64,000 nucleotides of DNA, from the NCBI GenBank assembly GCA_963807525.1, contig CAWECI010000025.1:95056-159055 (forward strand), given 5' to 3'. The notes under the pieces are model-generated. The model saw only the letters and a list, made by a program, of their open reading frames with translations. It ran no database searches and had not been told where the DNA came from. The translations under genes and the position numbers were made by a program. The DNA is from Candidatus Aminicenantes bacterium. Lineage in GTDB: Bacteria; Acidobacteriota; Aminicenantia; Aminicenantales; Saccharicenantaceae. The stretch's first letter is position 1. Each line of letters opens with the position of its first letter. Positions 37,326 through 47,468 of the stretch are shown here, piece after piece.

Positions 37326-38237
37326 ATGACCATCAAATCCCTCAAGACCGACGTCCTCATCGCCGGGGCCGGCCCGGCCGGGCTGACGGCCGGCCTCTAT
37401 GTCGCCCGAGCCGGAAAAAAGGCCCTCATCCTCGAGGGCCGGGGGACCTCCCGGATGTCCATTCCCTATACGATCGAGAACTACCCCGGCTTCCCCTCGA
37501 TCGGCAGCGTCGAGCTGCTGGACCTGTTCCGGCGCCAGGCGGTCGCGCTCGGGGCCGAGGTCCTCCCCGGCGAGGCCATCGCCCTGGCGCTCGACGGCAG
37601 CCCCAAGTACGTGACGACCAAGAAAGAGATCATCGAGTGCGGGGCCGTCATCCTGGCCACCGGCCGGCCCGTCCCGAAGGCGCGCCTCATCGCCGGCGAG
37701 GGCGAGCTCGTCGGCCAGGGCGTGAGCTACTGCGCCACGTGCGACGGACCGTTGTTCAAGGGCCTGACCGTGGCCGCCGTCGGCGATTCCGAGGAGGCGC
37801 TGGAGGAGGTCCACGCTCTGCAGGCCCTCGGATGCATGGTCCTGTGGGTGCCCGGCGGCAAAGGCCAAGCGCCGGACTCGCCCGCGGCCCGGGCCCTCGA
37901 AGGCCGGGGCGTGACCATCCTGCGGGAGGCCAAGGTCAAGGAGATCCGCGGCGGGGACAGGGTCGAGACCATCGTCGTCGAATCGCCGGCCGGATCGGAG
38001 ACGCTGGCCGTGGCGGCCGTCTTCATCTTCCGCGAGATCCCCTCCGGCCCGCTGTTCGAACGGGCGGGCGTGGCCCTCGACCACAAGCAGTGCGTCACCG
38101 TGGACCGGTTCCAGGGCACGAACATCCCCGGCGTTTTCGCGGCCGGGGACATCACCTGCGGCGGGCTGCAGGTCGTGACCGCCGCCGGCGAAGGCTGCGT
38201 GGCCGGCATGCAGGCGCTCGTCTACCTCAGGAAATAG
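37326..38237 (+). CDS. Thioredoxin-reductase-like FAD-dependent disulfide oxidoreductase
   Basis: GAGPAG, IENYPGF, ILATG, GVSYCATCDG (CxxC), TNIPGVFAAGD. Confidence 0.88.
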   Translation: MTIKSLKTDVLIAGAGPAGLTAGLYVARAGKKALILEGRGTSRMSIPYTIENYPGFPSIGSVELLDLFRRQAVALGAEVLPGEAIALALDGSPKYVTTKKEIIECGAVILATGRPVPKARLIAGEGELVGQGVSYCATCDGPLFKGLTVAAVGDSEEALEEVHALQALGCMVLWVPGGKGQAPDSPAARALEGRGVTILREAKVKEIRGGDRVETIVVESPAGSETLAVAAVFIFREIPSGPLFERAGVALDHKQCVTVDRFQGTNIPGVFAAGDITCGGLQVVTAAGEGCVAGMQALVYLRK

Positions 38238-38442
38238 GTTGCCCTAGAATCTGGGAAGTTCTCCGACCGGCTGTGCTCGGGATATCGATCCTTGCCCCCG
38301 CGCCCAGGAAACCTTGTAGCTGGTTTCCCCCAGCCTCCGGCCGGGCCCCCTTTCCATTACGGGGGCCTTGGATCGACATCCCTCGCCGCCTCATATCGAA
38401 CTTCCCATGGGGATGGGCCGCGGCTTCTATTTTGGAGCTGGC

Positions 38443-39411
38443 CTAGGCGGCCTGACCGTTGCGGGGCGAGTGCCTGTTGAGCCGGAAGGTGATGCGCTTG
38501 GAGCGGGAGATGGTGACCCGGCCGCCGATCGGCACGGCCATCAGGTTGCGCTTGATGTCGTGGCCGAAGTTCGTGACCGTCAGGATGGGCAGAGGATAGC
38601 CCTGCTTGCGGCGGTCGCGGATGACGTCGGCGAGATAGGTCCGGATGAACCGGACGGCCTCGCGCTGGGTTCTCTTCGGGACCGGCGGCTTTCCCGGCGG
38701 CGTGACCGAGCCGATGACGATGCCCTTGATCCCGGCGAAAACGTTGTGACGGCGCAGGGCCGCCAGGAGCCGGTGCAGGTCCTCGACGTCGACCTGGATA
38801 TCCTCGAAGAACAGGACGTGCCGCCGCCAGCTGAACTGGGGCGGCTGGCCCCGGTTGAGGAAGTTGACGAAGGTCGAGAGATTGCCGCCGATCGGGATGC
38901 CGGAGAGCTTCCGGGGCGGGGGAGGGGTCAGCCAGATCGAGCCCTTGTAGTGGATCTCCTCGCCGTTGATGAGGGCCAGGAGGCTCCGGAAATCGCCCTT
39001 GCCGACCTTGAGCGACGGGAAGTAGATGACCGGCACGCGGCAGGCGTAGTAGATCTCGTTCAGCAGGAAGGTGAAATCGGAGAAGCCGATGAACAGGGGC
39101 CGCCGGGCCCGGATGACGCGCAGGTCCTTGGCGTCGATCTTGCGGACCAGGTCCTCGGCGCCCGTCCCCCCGGCGACCGAGATGATCAGGTCGAGCTCGC
39201 GGATGGACTCCTTGAAGACAGCGGCCCGGGCCTCGACCGGCGCGGTCACATGGTCGATCTCGGCGTCGCTCGAGTAAAGGTGGGGGCTCTGATAGACGGT
39301 CCGGACGCCGAGCGCCTTCTTGAGATGCCGGGCCGTCCGGTCGAGCAACGGCTTCTCCTTGGGCGAGAGGCAGGTCGAGGGCGCGATGAAGCCGATCTTC
39401 TCGTAGGTCAT
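38443..39411 (-). CDS. LD-carboxypeptidase (S66) family protein
   Basis: IGFIAPS, GGTGA, FIGFSDFT (Ser), GGNLSTF, FFED (Glu), FGH (His). Confidence 0.85.
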   Translation of the reverse strand: MTYEKIGFIAPSTCLSPKEKPLLDRTARHLKKALGVRTVYQSPHLYSSDAEIDHVTAPVEARAAVFKESIRELDLIISVAGGTGAEDLVRKIDAKDLRVIRARRPLFIGFSDFTFLLNEIYYACRVPVIYFPSLKVGKGDFRSLLALINGEEIHYKGSIWLTPPPPRKLSGIPIGGNLSTFVNFLNRGQPPQFSWRRHVLFFEDIQVDVEDLHRLLAALRRHNVFAGIKGIVIGSVTPPGKPPVPKRTQREAVRFIRTYLADVIRDRRKQGYPLPILTVTNFGHDIKRNLMAVPIGGRVTISRSKRITFRLNRHSPRNGQAA

Positions 39412-39500
39412 GAGGGCACCGGAGCAGGAAAGACGTCTAGCCTAACAGAACGCGCCGGCCCGTTCAACGCGGGCCTCGGGACCCGGCCGCGTCCCCGGGA

Positions 39501-40940
39501 TCAGAAGGATTTGAGCTTCTGGCCCGGACCCGAGAGCTGCAGGGCCTTGAGGGCCTTCAGCTCGATCTGGCGGATCCGCTCGCGGGTCAGCTTGAAATGC
39601 TGGCCCACCTCTTCGAGCGTGTATTCCCGTCCGTCCCCGAGCCCGTAGCGCATCCGCAGGACGAGGGTCTCCCGCTCCGGCAGGGTGCGCAGGGCCGCTT
39701 CGATCTGCTCGCGGAGATTGATGTGGATGACGGTGTCCGGAGGAGAGGGAAAGGCCTTGTCCTCGAGCAGGTCGCCGAGAGAGCCCTCGCCGTTCTCCCC
39801 GAGGGGCGTCTCGATCGAGACGGGGTCCTGCGAGCTGTAGAGCATCTCCAGGACCTTGTTGACGGGCAGGTTCATCTTCCTCGCCAGCTCCTCGGGGTTG
39901 GGCAGCTTGCCGCTTTCCTGGACCGAGGTCTGGGAGATCTTCTTGAGCCGGTGGATGGTCTCCGTCAGGTGAACGGGGATGCGGATCGTGCGTCCCTGGT
40001 CGGCGATGGCCCGGGTGATCGACTGGCGGATCCACCAGGTCGCGTACGTCGAGAACTTGTGGCCGCGGCGGTAGTCGAACTTCTCCGCGGCCCGCATCAG
40101 GCCGATGTTGCCTTCCTGGATGAGGTCGAGGAGCTGCAGTCCGCGCCCCTGGTACTTCTTGGCGATCGACACGACCAGCCGCAGGTTGGCCGATACAAGA
40201 TCGCCCTTGGCCCGCTCGCGGGTCCGGCGTCCCGACTGGATGGCCTGCAGGATGGACTTGTGGATCTGGCGGGCCTGCTTGGGGTCCGTCCTGAGGCTCT
40301 CCCTGAGGCGCAGCTGCACGGTCTGAACGGTCCTGTCCTGGTATTCGGGCTTGAGCTCGAGCTCGCGGGCCATCCGGACGATCCGGACGGCCAGCCGGCC
40401 GCGGGCGAAGCGGTTGCGGACCAGGGGCCGGACCTTCATCAGGCGGCCGCAGACGGCCCGGATCTTGTGGACCCTCTCCAGGACCTCGGCCCGCCGGTCT
40501 TCGAGGCTGTCCTCCGTGAAGCTGTCCTCGGCCATGTTGAAATACTTGACGAAGGCCTCGGGCGTCCTCTTGAGCAGGGCCTCCAGAGCCACCAGCTCGT
40601 CGAGGGTGTAGGGCGTCTTGACGAGGGCCTTCAGGATGGCCTTCTCGCCCCGCTCCATGCGCCGGGCCAGGCTGATCTCCTGCTCCCGCGACAGGAGCAG
40701 AATGCTGCCCATCTCGCGCAGGTAGATCTTGACCAGGTCGGCGGTCTGCTCGATGTCCTCCGGGGACGTGAGGCCTTTGCCGCGGCCGTGCCCGTTCCCG
40801 GGCTCGCCGAGGCGTTCCCTCAGGGCTTCGGCATCGGCGCCGGAGAAAGGATCCTCGTCGTCTCCGAAGATCTTCCCCGAAGTGCCCGGCATGATCCCGA
40901 GGAGCTCTTCGCCGTCCTTGTATTTATATTCGGTAGCCAT
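39501..40940 (-). CDS. RpoD-like sigma70 factor (group 1/2) lacking a clear region 1.1
   Basis: [11 protein letters not shown] (1.2), [52 protein letters not shown]. Confidence 0.9.
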   Translation of the reverse strand: MATEYKYKDGEELLGIMPGTSGKIFGDDEDPFSGADAEALRERLGEPGNGHGRGKGLTSPEDIEQTADLVKIYLREMGSILLLSREQEISLARRMERGEKAILKALVKTPYTLDELVALEALLKRTPEAFVKYFNMAEDSFTEDSLEDRRAEVLERVHKIRAVCGRLMKVRPLVRNRFARGRLAVRIVRMARELELKPEYQDRTVQTVQLRLRESLRTDPKQARQIHKSILQAIQSGRRTRERAKGDLVSANLRLVVSIAKKYQGRGLQLLDLIQEGNIGLMRAAEKFDYRRGHKFSTYATWWIRQSITRAIADQGRTIRIPVHLTETIHRLKKISQTSVQESGKLPNPEELARKMNLPVNKVLEMLYSSQDPVSIETPLGENGEGSLGDLLEDKAFPSPPDTVIHINLREQIEAALRTLPERETLVLRMRYGLGDGREYTLEEVGQHFKLTRERIRQIELKALKALQLSGPGQKLKSF

Positions 40941-41113
40941 GTTCGTCTCCCTTTATCTATTAATCTTATAGGAAAACTACAATGCCTGACTTTTCGTTCC
41001 GTCTCCGGGGCGTTTTGTTCATTTTCCCAGCCCATAAACTCCGGTATCTTAACGGGGTCGAGGGGGAAACCGTTTCACCCTCGGAGGGCGGGATTTCCGG
41101 ACAAGAAGCGCGG

Positions 41114-41142
41114 AGGATACCCTCTCCGGTCCCGCCTGTCAA
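41114..41142 (-). promoter_or_regulatory. Sigma70 promoter of the rpoD-like gene
   Basis: TTGACA-N17-TATCCT on the minus strand, about 165 nt leader. Confidence 0.6.
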
Positions 41143-41343
41143 GAAAAAACTTTACATCCCGGAACATCTGTCCGCCAGGCGCCCCTGCCTGATCGGGGCC
41201 TTCCCGCCTGGAAACACGCCCTTTTCGGATCTCGGTCATTTTGGACCCTCCCGGCTGCCTCCCCCCACTTCAAGATTCGTGCCAGGATGCAGGGGAGTAC
41301 GGGAGAAAGTGTCACATTTTGAGGACACCCGATGGGGGGCTTT

Positions 41344-42381
41344 TCAGTCGCAGACGAAGCCGTGCTTTTCGAAATACTTCTGATGGTATTCTTCGGCCTT
41401 GTAGAACGCAGAGGCCGGGACAAGCTCGGTGGCCAGGCGCTTCTTGAAACGACCCGACTTCGAGACTTCGTCCCTGACCTTCAGGGCCGCTTCCTTCTGG
41501 GCCTCGCCGTGATAGAAGATGGCCGACCGGTACTGGGTGCCGCGGTCGGGTCCCTGCCTGTTGACCTGAGTCGGGTCGTGGAGCTCGAAGAAGCGCCTGA
41601 CGAGATCGGCATAGCTGATCTTGGCCGGGTCGAAGGTGACCTGGACGGCCTCGGCGTGGCCCGTTTTGTCGGTGCAGACCTCTTCGTAGGTCGGCGCGAC
41701 CGTATGTCCCCCCGTGTACCCGACGACGGTGGACACGACGCCGGGTATCTGACCCAGCTTGTGCTCGACTCCCCAGAAACAGCCGGCGGCGAAGGTCGCG
41801 ACCTCAGTCGCCGCCGTCGCCGTCTTGGGGGCGGCCGCGGCGTCGGAGGCCGCCGCCTCGGGTTTGAAGTCGAGCGAGGCCGAATTCACGCAATAGTGAA
41901 CGAAGGTCGGCTCGGGGCCGTCATCGAAAACGTGGCCCAGATGAGCGCCGCAGACCGCGCAGCGGACCTCGATCCTTTTCGCCAGCAGCGAATAATCGTC
42001 CTTGTATTCCAGGTTCTTCTCGTCGGCCGGGGCCGTGAAGCTCGGCCAGCCGGTGCCGTGCTCGTACTTGGCCTCGGAACGGAAAAGGGGCGTGCCGCAA
42101 CCGGCGCAGACATAGACGCCCTTATCCCAGAAATCGTTGTATCGGCCGGTGAACGGCCTTTCCGTATTGCACTTTCGCATGACCTCGAACCGTTCCGGGG
42201 TCAAGGCGGCCTTCCATTCCTTTTCGGACTTCCTGATTTTCTGAGCCATCTGGCGTCCTTCCCGGGAGGCGTGGACGACGAGCCGCGGGTCCGTGCCGGC
42301 GAGGGCGTTAAGGGCCCGCCAGCCGGCGAAGCCGAGGAGCGTCGCCGCCGCGAAGATGACGATCTTGACCCTGAGGGGCAC
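41344..42381 (-). CDS. msrAB: Bifunctional methionine sulfoxide reductase MsrB-MsrA with N-terminal anchor
   Basis: CAGC/CAVC zinc sites, HLGHVFDDGP, YCVNS; FAAGCFWGVE, GYTGG, GHAEAV, AEEYHQKY. Confidence 0.94.
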   Translation of the reverse strand: MPLRVKIVIFAAATLLGFAGWRALNALAGTDPRLVVHASREGRQMAQKIRKSEKEWKAALTPERFEVMRKCNTERPFTGRYNDFWDKGVYVCAGCGTPLFRSEAKYEHGTGWPSFTAPADEKNLEYKDDYSLLAKRIEVRCAVCGAHLGHVFDDGPEPTFVHYCVNSASLDFKPEAAASDAAAAPKTATAATEVATFAAGCFWGVEHKLGQIPGVVSTVVGYTGGHTVAPTYEEVCTDKTGHAEAVQVTFDPAKISYADLVRRFFELHDPTQVNRQGPDRGTQYRSAIFYHGEAQKEAALKVRDEVSKSGRFKKRLATELVPASAFYKAEEYHQKYFEKHGFVCD

Positions 42382-42506
42382 TCACGTCTCCGTTCCCTGA
42401 ATTCCTACTAAAATAGTATACATTAGGCCGGCTAAAAAGCAAGTTGCCCCCCCGCCCCCGCCCCCTGATCCGGCCCGGGAAATTTCCTAAATTGGACACT
42501 TTAGGA

Positions 42507-42536
42507 TTGACAAGACCAAAAAAGCGGCCCTATAAT
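42507..42536 (+). promoter_or_regulatory. Consensus sigma70 promoter with no downstream sense CDS
   Basis: TTGACA-N18-TATAAT. Confidence 0.7.
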
Positions 42537-42542
42537 GAAAAC

Positions 42543-42656
42543 GCTGGCTGGAGAGGGATCCTCCTTAGCCCCGCTTCCTTTTCCTTTGAAACCTTGGCGC
42601 CTCACCAGCCAGCCTTCCGATCTCACCCCATCAGGCTGGCCCGCAGGCGCCTTTTC
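42543..42656 (+). ncRNA. Candidate structured sRNA
   Basis: Begins at the predicted +1; GCTGGCTGG(42543-51) pairs with CCAGCCAGC(42605-13); anti-SD-like CCTCCTTA in a pyrimidine-rich loop; alternative stem 42608-15/42633-40. Confidence 0.4.
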
Positions 42657-42658
42657 CC

Positions 42659-45588
42659 CTAGTTGGATTTCTGCGCGGCGTCCTTCTTCGGGGCGGTTTC
42701 GGCCGGCCTCAAGCCCTTGGCCCGTTCCTTGAGATAGTCCTTGAGCTCGAGGTAGGGGACGCCGTCGGTCTACCAGTCCGGCGCCGGCTTGCCCATGAGG
42801 TAGTGGTCGAAGAACTCCTTCATCCGCACGGTGTAGTCCTTCTGGTTGGCCGGCTTCTGCAGGCCGTGGTTCTCGCCGACGTATTCGAGCATGACGACCG
42901 GCTTCTTGAGCCGGCGCAGCGTGTTGTAGTATTCGATGCCCTGGTTCCAGACGACCGCGCCGTCCTTGTCGTTGTGCAGGATGATGAGCGGCGTGCTTGA
43001 CCCGCTCGGCGTAGTAGACCGGCGAGTTGCGCTGGTAGGCCTCGAGGTTGTCCCAGTAGCCGCCCTTGAACCGGCCCTGGCTCGATTCGAAGATGGGCTG
43101 GTTGGCCGAGCCGGAGTTGAAGTAGATCGAGCTGTACATGCTGATCATGTTGGTCAGCGGCGCCCCGGCCACGGCCGCGGCGAAGTCGGCCTGGGTGACG
43201 AGGAACGCCGTCTGGTAGCCGCCCCAGGAGTGGCCCTGGAGCCCGACCTTGGAGCGGTCGACGACGCCCGCGGCCACGGCCGCGTCGATCGCCGGCAGGA
43301 CGCACCAGACGGCCGACATGCCCGGGTCGTTGATCTTGTAGGTGATGTCCGGCATGAGCACGGCGTAGCCGTTGCTCGTGTAGACCGACTTGTTGAAGCC
43401 GTTGGCGGAGGGCTGGGCGTACCGGTTGAGCTGCTGGGACATCTTCTCGTAGAAATAGACGATCGTCGGGTAACTCTTGCCCTTCTCGTAGTTGGCGGGC
43501 AGGAAGAGGGCGGCCTGGAGCGGCTTGTCCAGGCCGCTCTTGGGATCCGTCTTGTAGTCGAGGAGCATGGACCCGCTCGACCACAGGAAGTCCTTCTGCT
43601 GGGGGTTGGCCTCGGTCAGGCGCCGGCCGTTCCCGAGCCCGGCGTCCGCGGCGTAGTAATCGGGATAGTCCTTGTAGGTGTCGCGGGTGTAGAGATAGAC
43701 GTCGGCCTTCTTGGCCTTCATCAGGCCGCCGAAGCCGGCGTCGTCCCAGAGGAGAAGGGTCGGGGCCGTCCGGCCCTTGTCGAGCCGGGCGAAGCCCGCC
43801 TTCTTCGTCCATTCGCCGTAGACGCCGAAGTACTGGGGCTGGGCGAGGTCGATGGCCTTCTCCTCGGGATCGAGGCGCAGGCCGCCGGTAGCGGAGCTTG
43901 TCCTTGAAGCCGTTCCCGGTCAGGTTGACGGCCTTGCCGGTCCCGCCGACGGGGACGTTCCAGACGTCCCAGCCGTCCGAGAGGAGCACGTTCAGGCCGT
44001 CCTTGGTCCAGCCGACCGGATAGTCGGGCGGCTTGACGACGTTGTGGTCGTCCTCCTCGTTGACGAACGAGGCCGGCACGTCCTTGGTGATGTTGATCGA
44101 ATGCTCGGCCGCCATGTCGAAGGTGTAGAAATGGCCGTCGTCGTAATAGAGGAAGTGGGCCCCGTCGAAGAGCGGCATGAACATGTAGCGGCACTTCTTC
44201 AGGGCCAGCGTCCGCTTGCCCGTCTTCATGTCGATGACATAGACGTCCGAGTAGTTGCGGCCGTCGAGGTTGCCGTCGAGCTCGTAGGCCCGGACGTCCT
44301 GGCCGATGGCGAACCGGTCCTTGGGCGCGGGCTCGACCTCGCGGACGTCGTCGTCGGCCAGCCGGATGAATTTTTTTTCGTCGACCCGGTATTCGGCCAG
44401 ATAGCTGAAGATTTGTCCGCGTGCTCCTCCACCTGCTGCTCGGACTGGAGGCGCTTGTCCTGGCCATGCCAGATGACCAGGTCGGGCATGTCCTCGTCGG
44501 CGATCTCGTCGTTCTTCGGAGCCGGCCGCGGCCGGGCCCTCCGGACCGGTCTTGGCGGCGTCCGGTCCCTTGGCCTCGGCGTCCTTCTTCTTCTTGGCCT
44601 CGTGGATGCCGAAGAGAACGGCGTCGAAGCTCTCGGTCCACTCGGGCGCCCGGTCCGGGCTGACGGCCATCCCGGCCGGGAAGGTCTTGTCGGCGGCCGG
44701 GTCGTAGACGATCTTGCGGGGCCCCGCGGGGTCCTTGAAGCCGCTGAAGGCGACGACGCTCCAGAGCTTGTCCTCGAAGGCCTTGTCTTCCTTGCCTTTG
44801 AGGACGGCCAGGGCTTCGCCCTTTTCCGACCAGGCCAGGGATTTGTACGAGGCCTTGTCGTCGTCCAGGGAGACGACCGAGCCGGAGCGCATGTCCCGGA
44901 GCTCGAGGCCGTTGCCCGCCTGGCCCAAGGCGTCGATGACCAGGGCCAAGTGGGCGCCCGGCTTGTCGAACGCGTATTCGGCGACGTTGCCGATATTGAC
45001 CTCTTTTCCCGAAGCGAGCTCGCGAAGCAGGAGGTCCGAGCCCGTCCACTTGTCCTTTTCCTTGTCCTGGCTCTCCGGGGCGTAGCGATGGAGGGCCGCA
45101 TAGCCCGGGTTTTCGCCCGAGAAGTCCAGTCCGCGGACCTTCTCGAATTCGGTCTTGGCCCCCGTGGCCAGGTCGACCAGCACGGCCGTCGTCTGGACCC
45201 TCTTCTTGTCCTTGCGCAGGGCCTTCATGTCCTTGGAGCCCGGGTAGGACAGGAACGCGGCCCATTTCGAATCCGCGGAGAAACCCGTCCGCAGGGGCGC
45301 GCCGTAGCGCGGCGCCTCGCCGATCGGGAACCGGTATTCCTTCGTCCCGGCGACCTGGCGCACGACGATCTCGCTCTCTCCCTCGAGCGGGCTCGTCCGG
45401 TACATGAACCAGGTCCCGTCGGGGGAGAGCTCGGCCGCGCCGATCGACTTCCAGGCCAGGATGTCCTGGAGCGCGACGGGGCGCGGGCCGGCCGGTTTGT
45501 CGCCGGCCTTGTCCTGGGCGGCGAGGAGGAGGCCGGCGAAGAGACAAGCGATGACGAGGAGGAGGAGAACGTTGCGGAGTTTGCTCAT
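42659..45588 (-). pseudogene. S9 family (prolyl oligopeptidase-like) exported peptidase, four indels plus an in-frame TAG (real decay or assembly error)
   Basis: Signal peptide; GHSWGG (Ser), HNDKDGAV (Asp), GENHG (His) spread across frames; shifts near 44521, 44412, 43881, 42995; TAG at 42770-72. Confidence 0.85.
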
Positions 45589-46562
45589 AGGGGTGTTCCT
45601 TGTCGTTCCTTTTTTCGTTTTTCCTGATACATCAAGAAATCGGCGTGGGACAGGAAGTCATCGAGCTGCTGGTATTTCTGGGGATCGATGCGCACCAGGC
45701 CCATGCTGATCGACAGCCTCAAGCGCGGATAGTCCTTGAGGTGGAAGGCCGCGACGCCTTCGTCGATGCGGGCCGGCAGCCCGCGCTCGCCCTGCCCCTT
45801 CGAGCGCATGGCCAGGACGGCGAACTCGTCGCCGCCGATGCGCCCGATGACGTCGGATTCGCGCAGGGTCGTCCGGAGGATCATGGCCACGCCTTTCAAG
45901 AGGAGATCGCCGACGGCGTGGCCGTACGTGTCGTTGACCTCCTTGAGGTTGTCGATGTCCAGAAAGACCAGGTAGTTGTCGTTCTTGATGCGCTTGGCGA
46001 TCTTCATCTGCTGGAGGCCGAAGGAATAGAAGCCGCGGCGGTTGTTGAGCCCGGTCAGATGGTCGGTCAGCGACAGGCCCTCGAGCTTCTCGTTGCTCAG
46101 CTGCAGCTTCCGCAGGGCCAGCTGCAGCCGCCGCTCGGTCGTCTTCCGGTCCGTGATGTCGAGGAGGATCCCGTCGAAATGGCGGGTCACCCCGTCGGGG
46201 CCGCAGATCCGGCGGCTGTGGTCGCGGACCCAGAGCTTCTTGCCGTCCCGCTGGCGGAGCTCGTACTCCTGGACGGCCGTCGATTGCTCCTTCAGCTTGG
46301 CCATGTGCTCCCGCCGGTCCTCGGGGCGAACGTAGAACTCCCTGACCTCGTGCGAGTGGAGATCTTTGGGGTCCTCGAAGCCGAGCATGCGGGCCAAGAC
46401 GGCGTTGGCCTCGACGATCCGGCCTCCCGGCGTCGTCCGGTAGACCCCGACCGGGAGCTGTTCGACGAGGGCCCGGTAACGGTCCTCGCCGTCATGACCT
46501 GTGGATGCGGCCGGCCGGCGGGCCCGCCGCCCGGGGGACTGGGAGGGATCGCGGGTGCTCAT
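45585..46562 (-). CDS. PAS + GGDEF diguanylate cyclase
   Basis: PAS IVEANAVLARMLG; DHLTGLNNRR, FLDIDNLKEVNDTYGHAVGD, RIGGDEF. Confidence 0.92.
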   Translation of the reverse strand: MSTRDPSQSPGRRARRPAASTGHDGEDRYRALVEQLPVGVYRTTPGGRIVEANAVLARMLGFEDPKDLHSHEVREFYVRPEDRREHMAKLKEQSTAVQEYELRQRDGKKLWVRDHSRRICGPDGVTRHFDGILLDITDRKTTERRLQLALRKLQLSNEKLEGLSLTDHLTGLNNRRGFYSFGLQQMKIAKRIKNDNYLVFLDIDNLKEVNDTYGHAVGDLLLKGVAMILRTTLRESDVIGRIGGDEFAVLAMRSKGQGERGLPARIDEGVAAFHLKDYPRLRLSISMGLVRIDPQKYQQLDDFLSHADFLMYQEKRKKERQGTPL

Positions 46563-46745
46563 GTCCGTTCGAATCTAGCAAAGACAGCCGCTCCATGTCA
46601 AAGTCGGCTCGGAAGAATAGTCGCGCTCTCATGGGGAAAGTTTGAAGACCCCTGAAACTTCCCTCGCCCGCCGCGCGCTTCGGCTAAACTTTTCCAAATC
46701 GAGCTCGACTATCCTTCCTCGCCTTAGATTGGTCGGATCGGAAGA

Positions 46746-46807
46746 AAATGGGGACGCTTCTATTTTTCCCTTCAGAGGACTCTGGAAAAATAGAAGCGTC
46801 CCCATTT
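46746..46807. repeat. Perfect 24-bp inverted repeat, 14-nt loop
   Basis: aaatggggacgcttctatttttcc / ggaaaaatagaagcgtccccattt. Confidence 0.88.
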
Positions 46808-46862
46808 CCCGTGATACGCTAAGAATAAAGTTGTAGGAATAGGGGACAGGCTCGAGAAGGCC

Positions 46863-46890
46863 TAAACGCGTTATAAGGGACGGGCGTAAT
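46863..46890 (+). promoter_or_regulatory. Putative ECF autoregulatory promoter (AAAC-N17-CGTAAT), leaderless
   Basis: Resembles SigW/X-type AAAC/CGT boxes; ends 5 nt before the ECF ATG. Confidence 0.4.
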
Positions 46891-46895
46891 CTCCG

Positions 46896-47468
46896 ATGGA
46901 ACAAGGGACAAGGCCTCCCGTGGACGAAAAGGACATCATCGAGGGCTGTCTGCGGGGGAGCCTCGCCGCGGAGAAAGCGATGGTCGACGCCTATGGGACG
47001 CTGGTGCTTTCGGTCGCTCTCAATGTCCTGGCCAACAGGGAGGATGCCGAGGACGTCTGCCAGGAGACATTCCTCCAGACCTTCCGGCATCTCGACCGCT
47101 ACGACCGGGAGCGGAGCTTCAAGACCTGGCTCCTGACCATCGCCTACAGGAGATCGCTCGACACGCTCAGAAAGCGCAGGCGGTTCAGGGAATTCGCCGT
47201 CCGGGCCGCGTCCGCGGAGGCCGCGGCCTCTGAGCGGGAGGATCCCGGCCCGGGATCGCCTGCCCCCCTGCCGTCGAAGCTGCTCGAGACCCTGTCGCCG
47301 CGCGAGCGGACGGCGCTCTGCCTGTGGGCCAACGAGGGCTACGCGGCCAAGGATATCGCCGAGGTCCTGTCGTGCTCAGCCTCCACAGCCCGCGTCAACC
47401 TCTTCAACGCCCGCCGCAAGGTCAAGGCCCTCCTGGAGAATGATCATGGACTTCTGCAACACGGTTGA
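46896..47468 (+). CDS. ECF RNA polymerase sigma factor
   Basis: EDAEDVCQETFLQTF, SFKTWLLTIAYRR, YAAKDIAEVL..STARVNLFNARRK. Confidence 0.92.
   Translation: MEQGTRPPVDEKDIIEGCLRGSLAAEKAMVDAYGTLVLSVALNVLANREDAEDVCQETFLQTFRHLDRYDRERSFKTWLLTIAYRRSLDTLRKRRRFREFAVRAASAEAAASEREDPGPGSPAPLPSKLLETLSPRERTALCLWANEGYAAKDIAEVLSCSASTARVNLFNARRKVKALLENDHGLLQHG

Noticed and set aside
42543-42618. Minus strand resembles tRNA-Sec (GGAAG..GGTGAGGCG..TTCAAA)
   Set aside because: The arms around TTCAAA do not pair, and there is no T-loop and no 3' CTTCC acceptor strand.
42535-42732. 65-aa ORF downstream of the consensus promoter
   Set aside because: Its ATG overlaps the -10 box and lies upstream of the predicted +1; no RBS.
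42770-42772. Pyrrolysine/amber recoding
   Set aside because: No pyl genes in the window, and the same gene has four indels, so error or decay is simpler.
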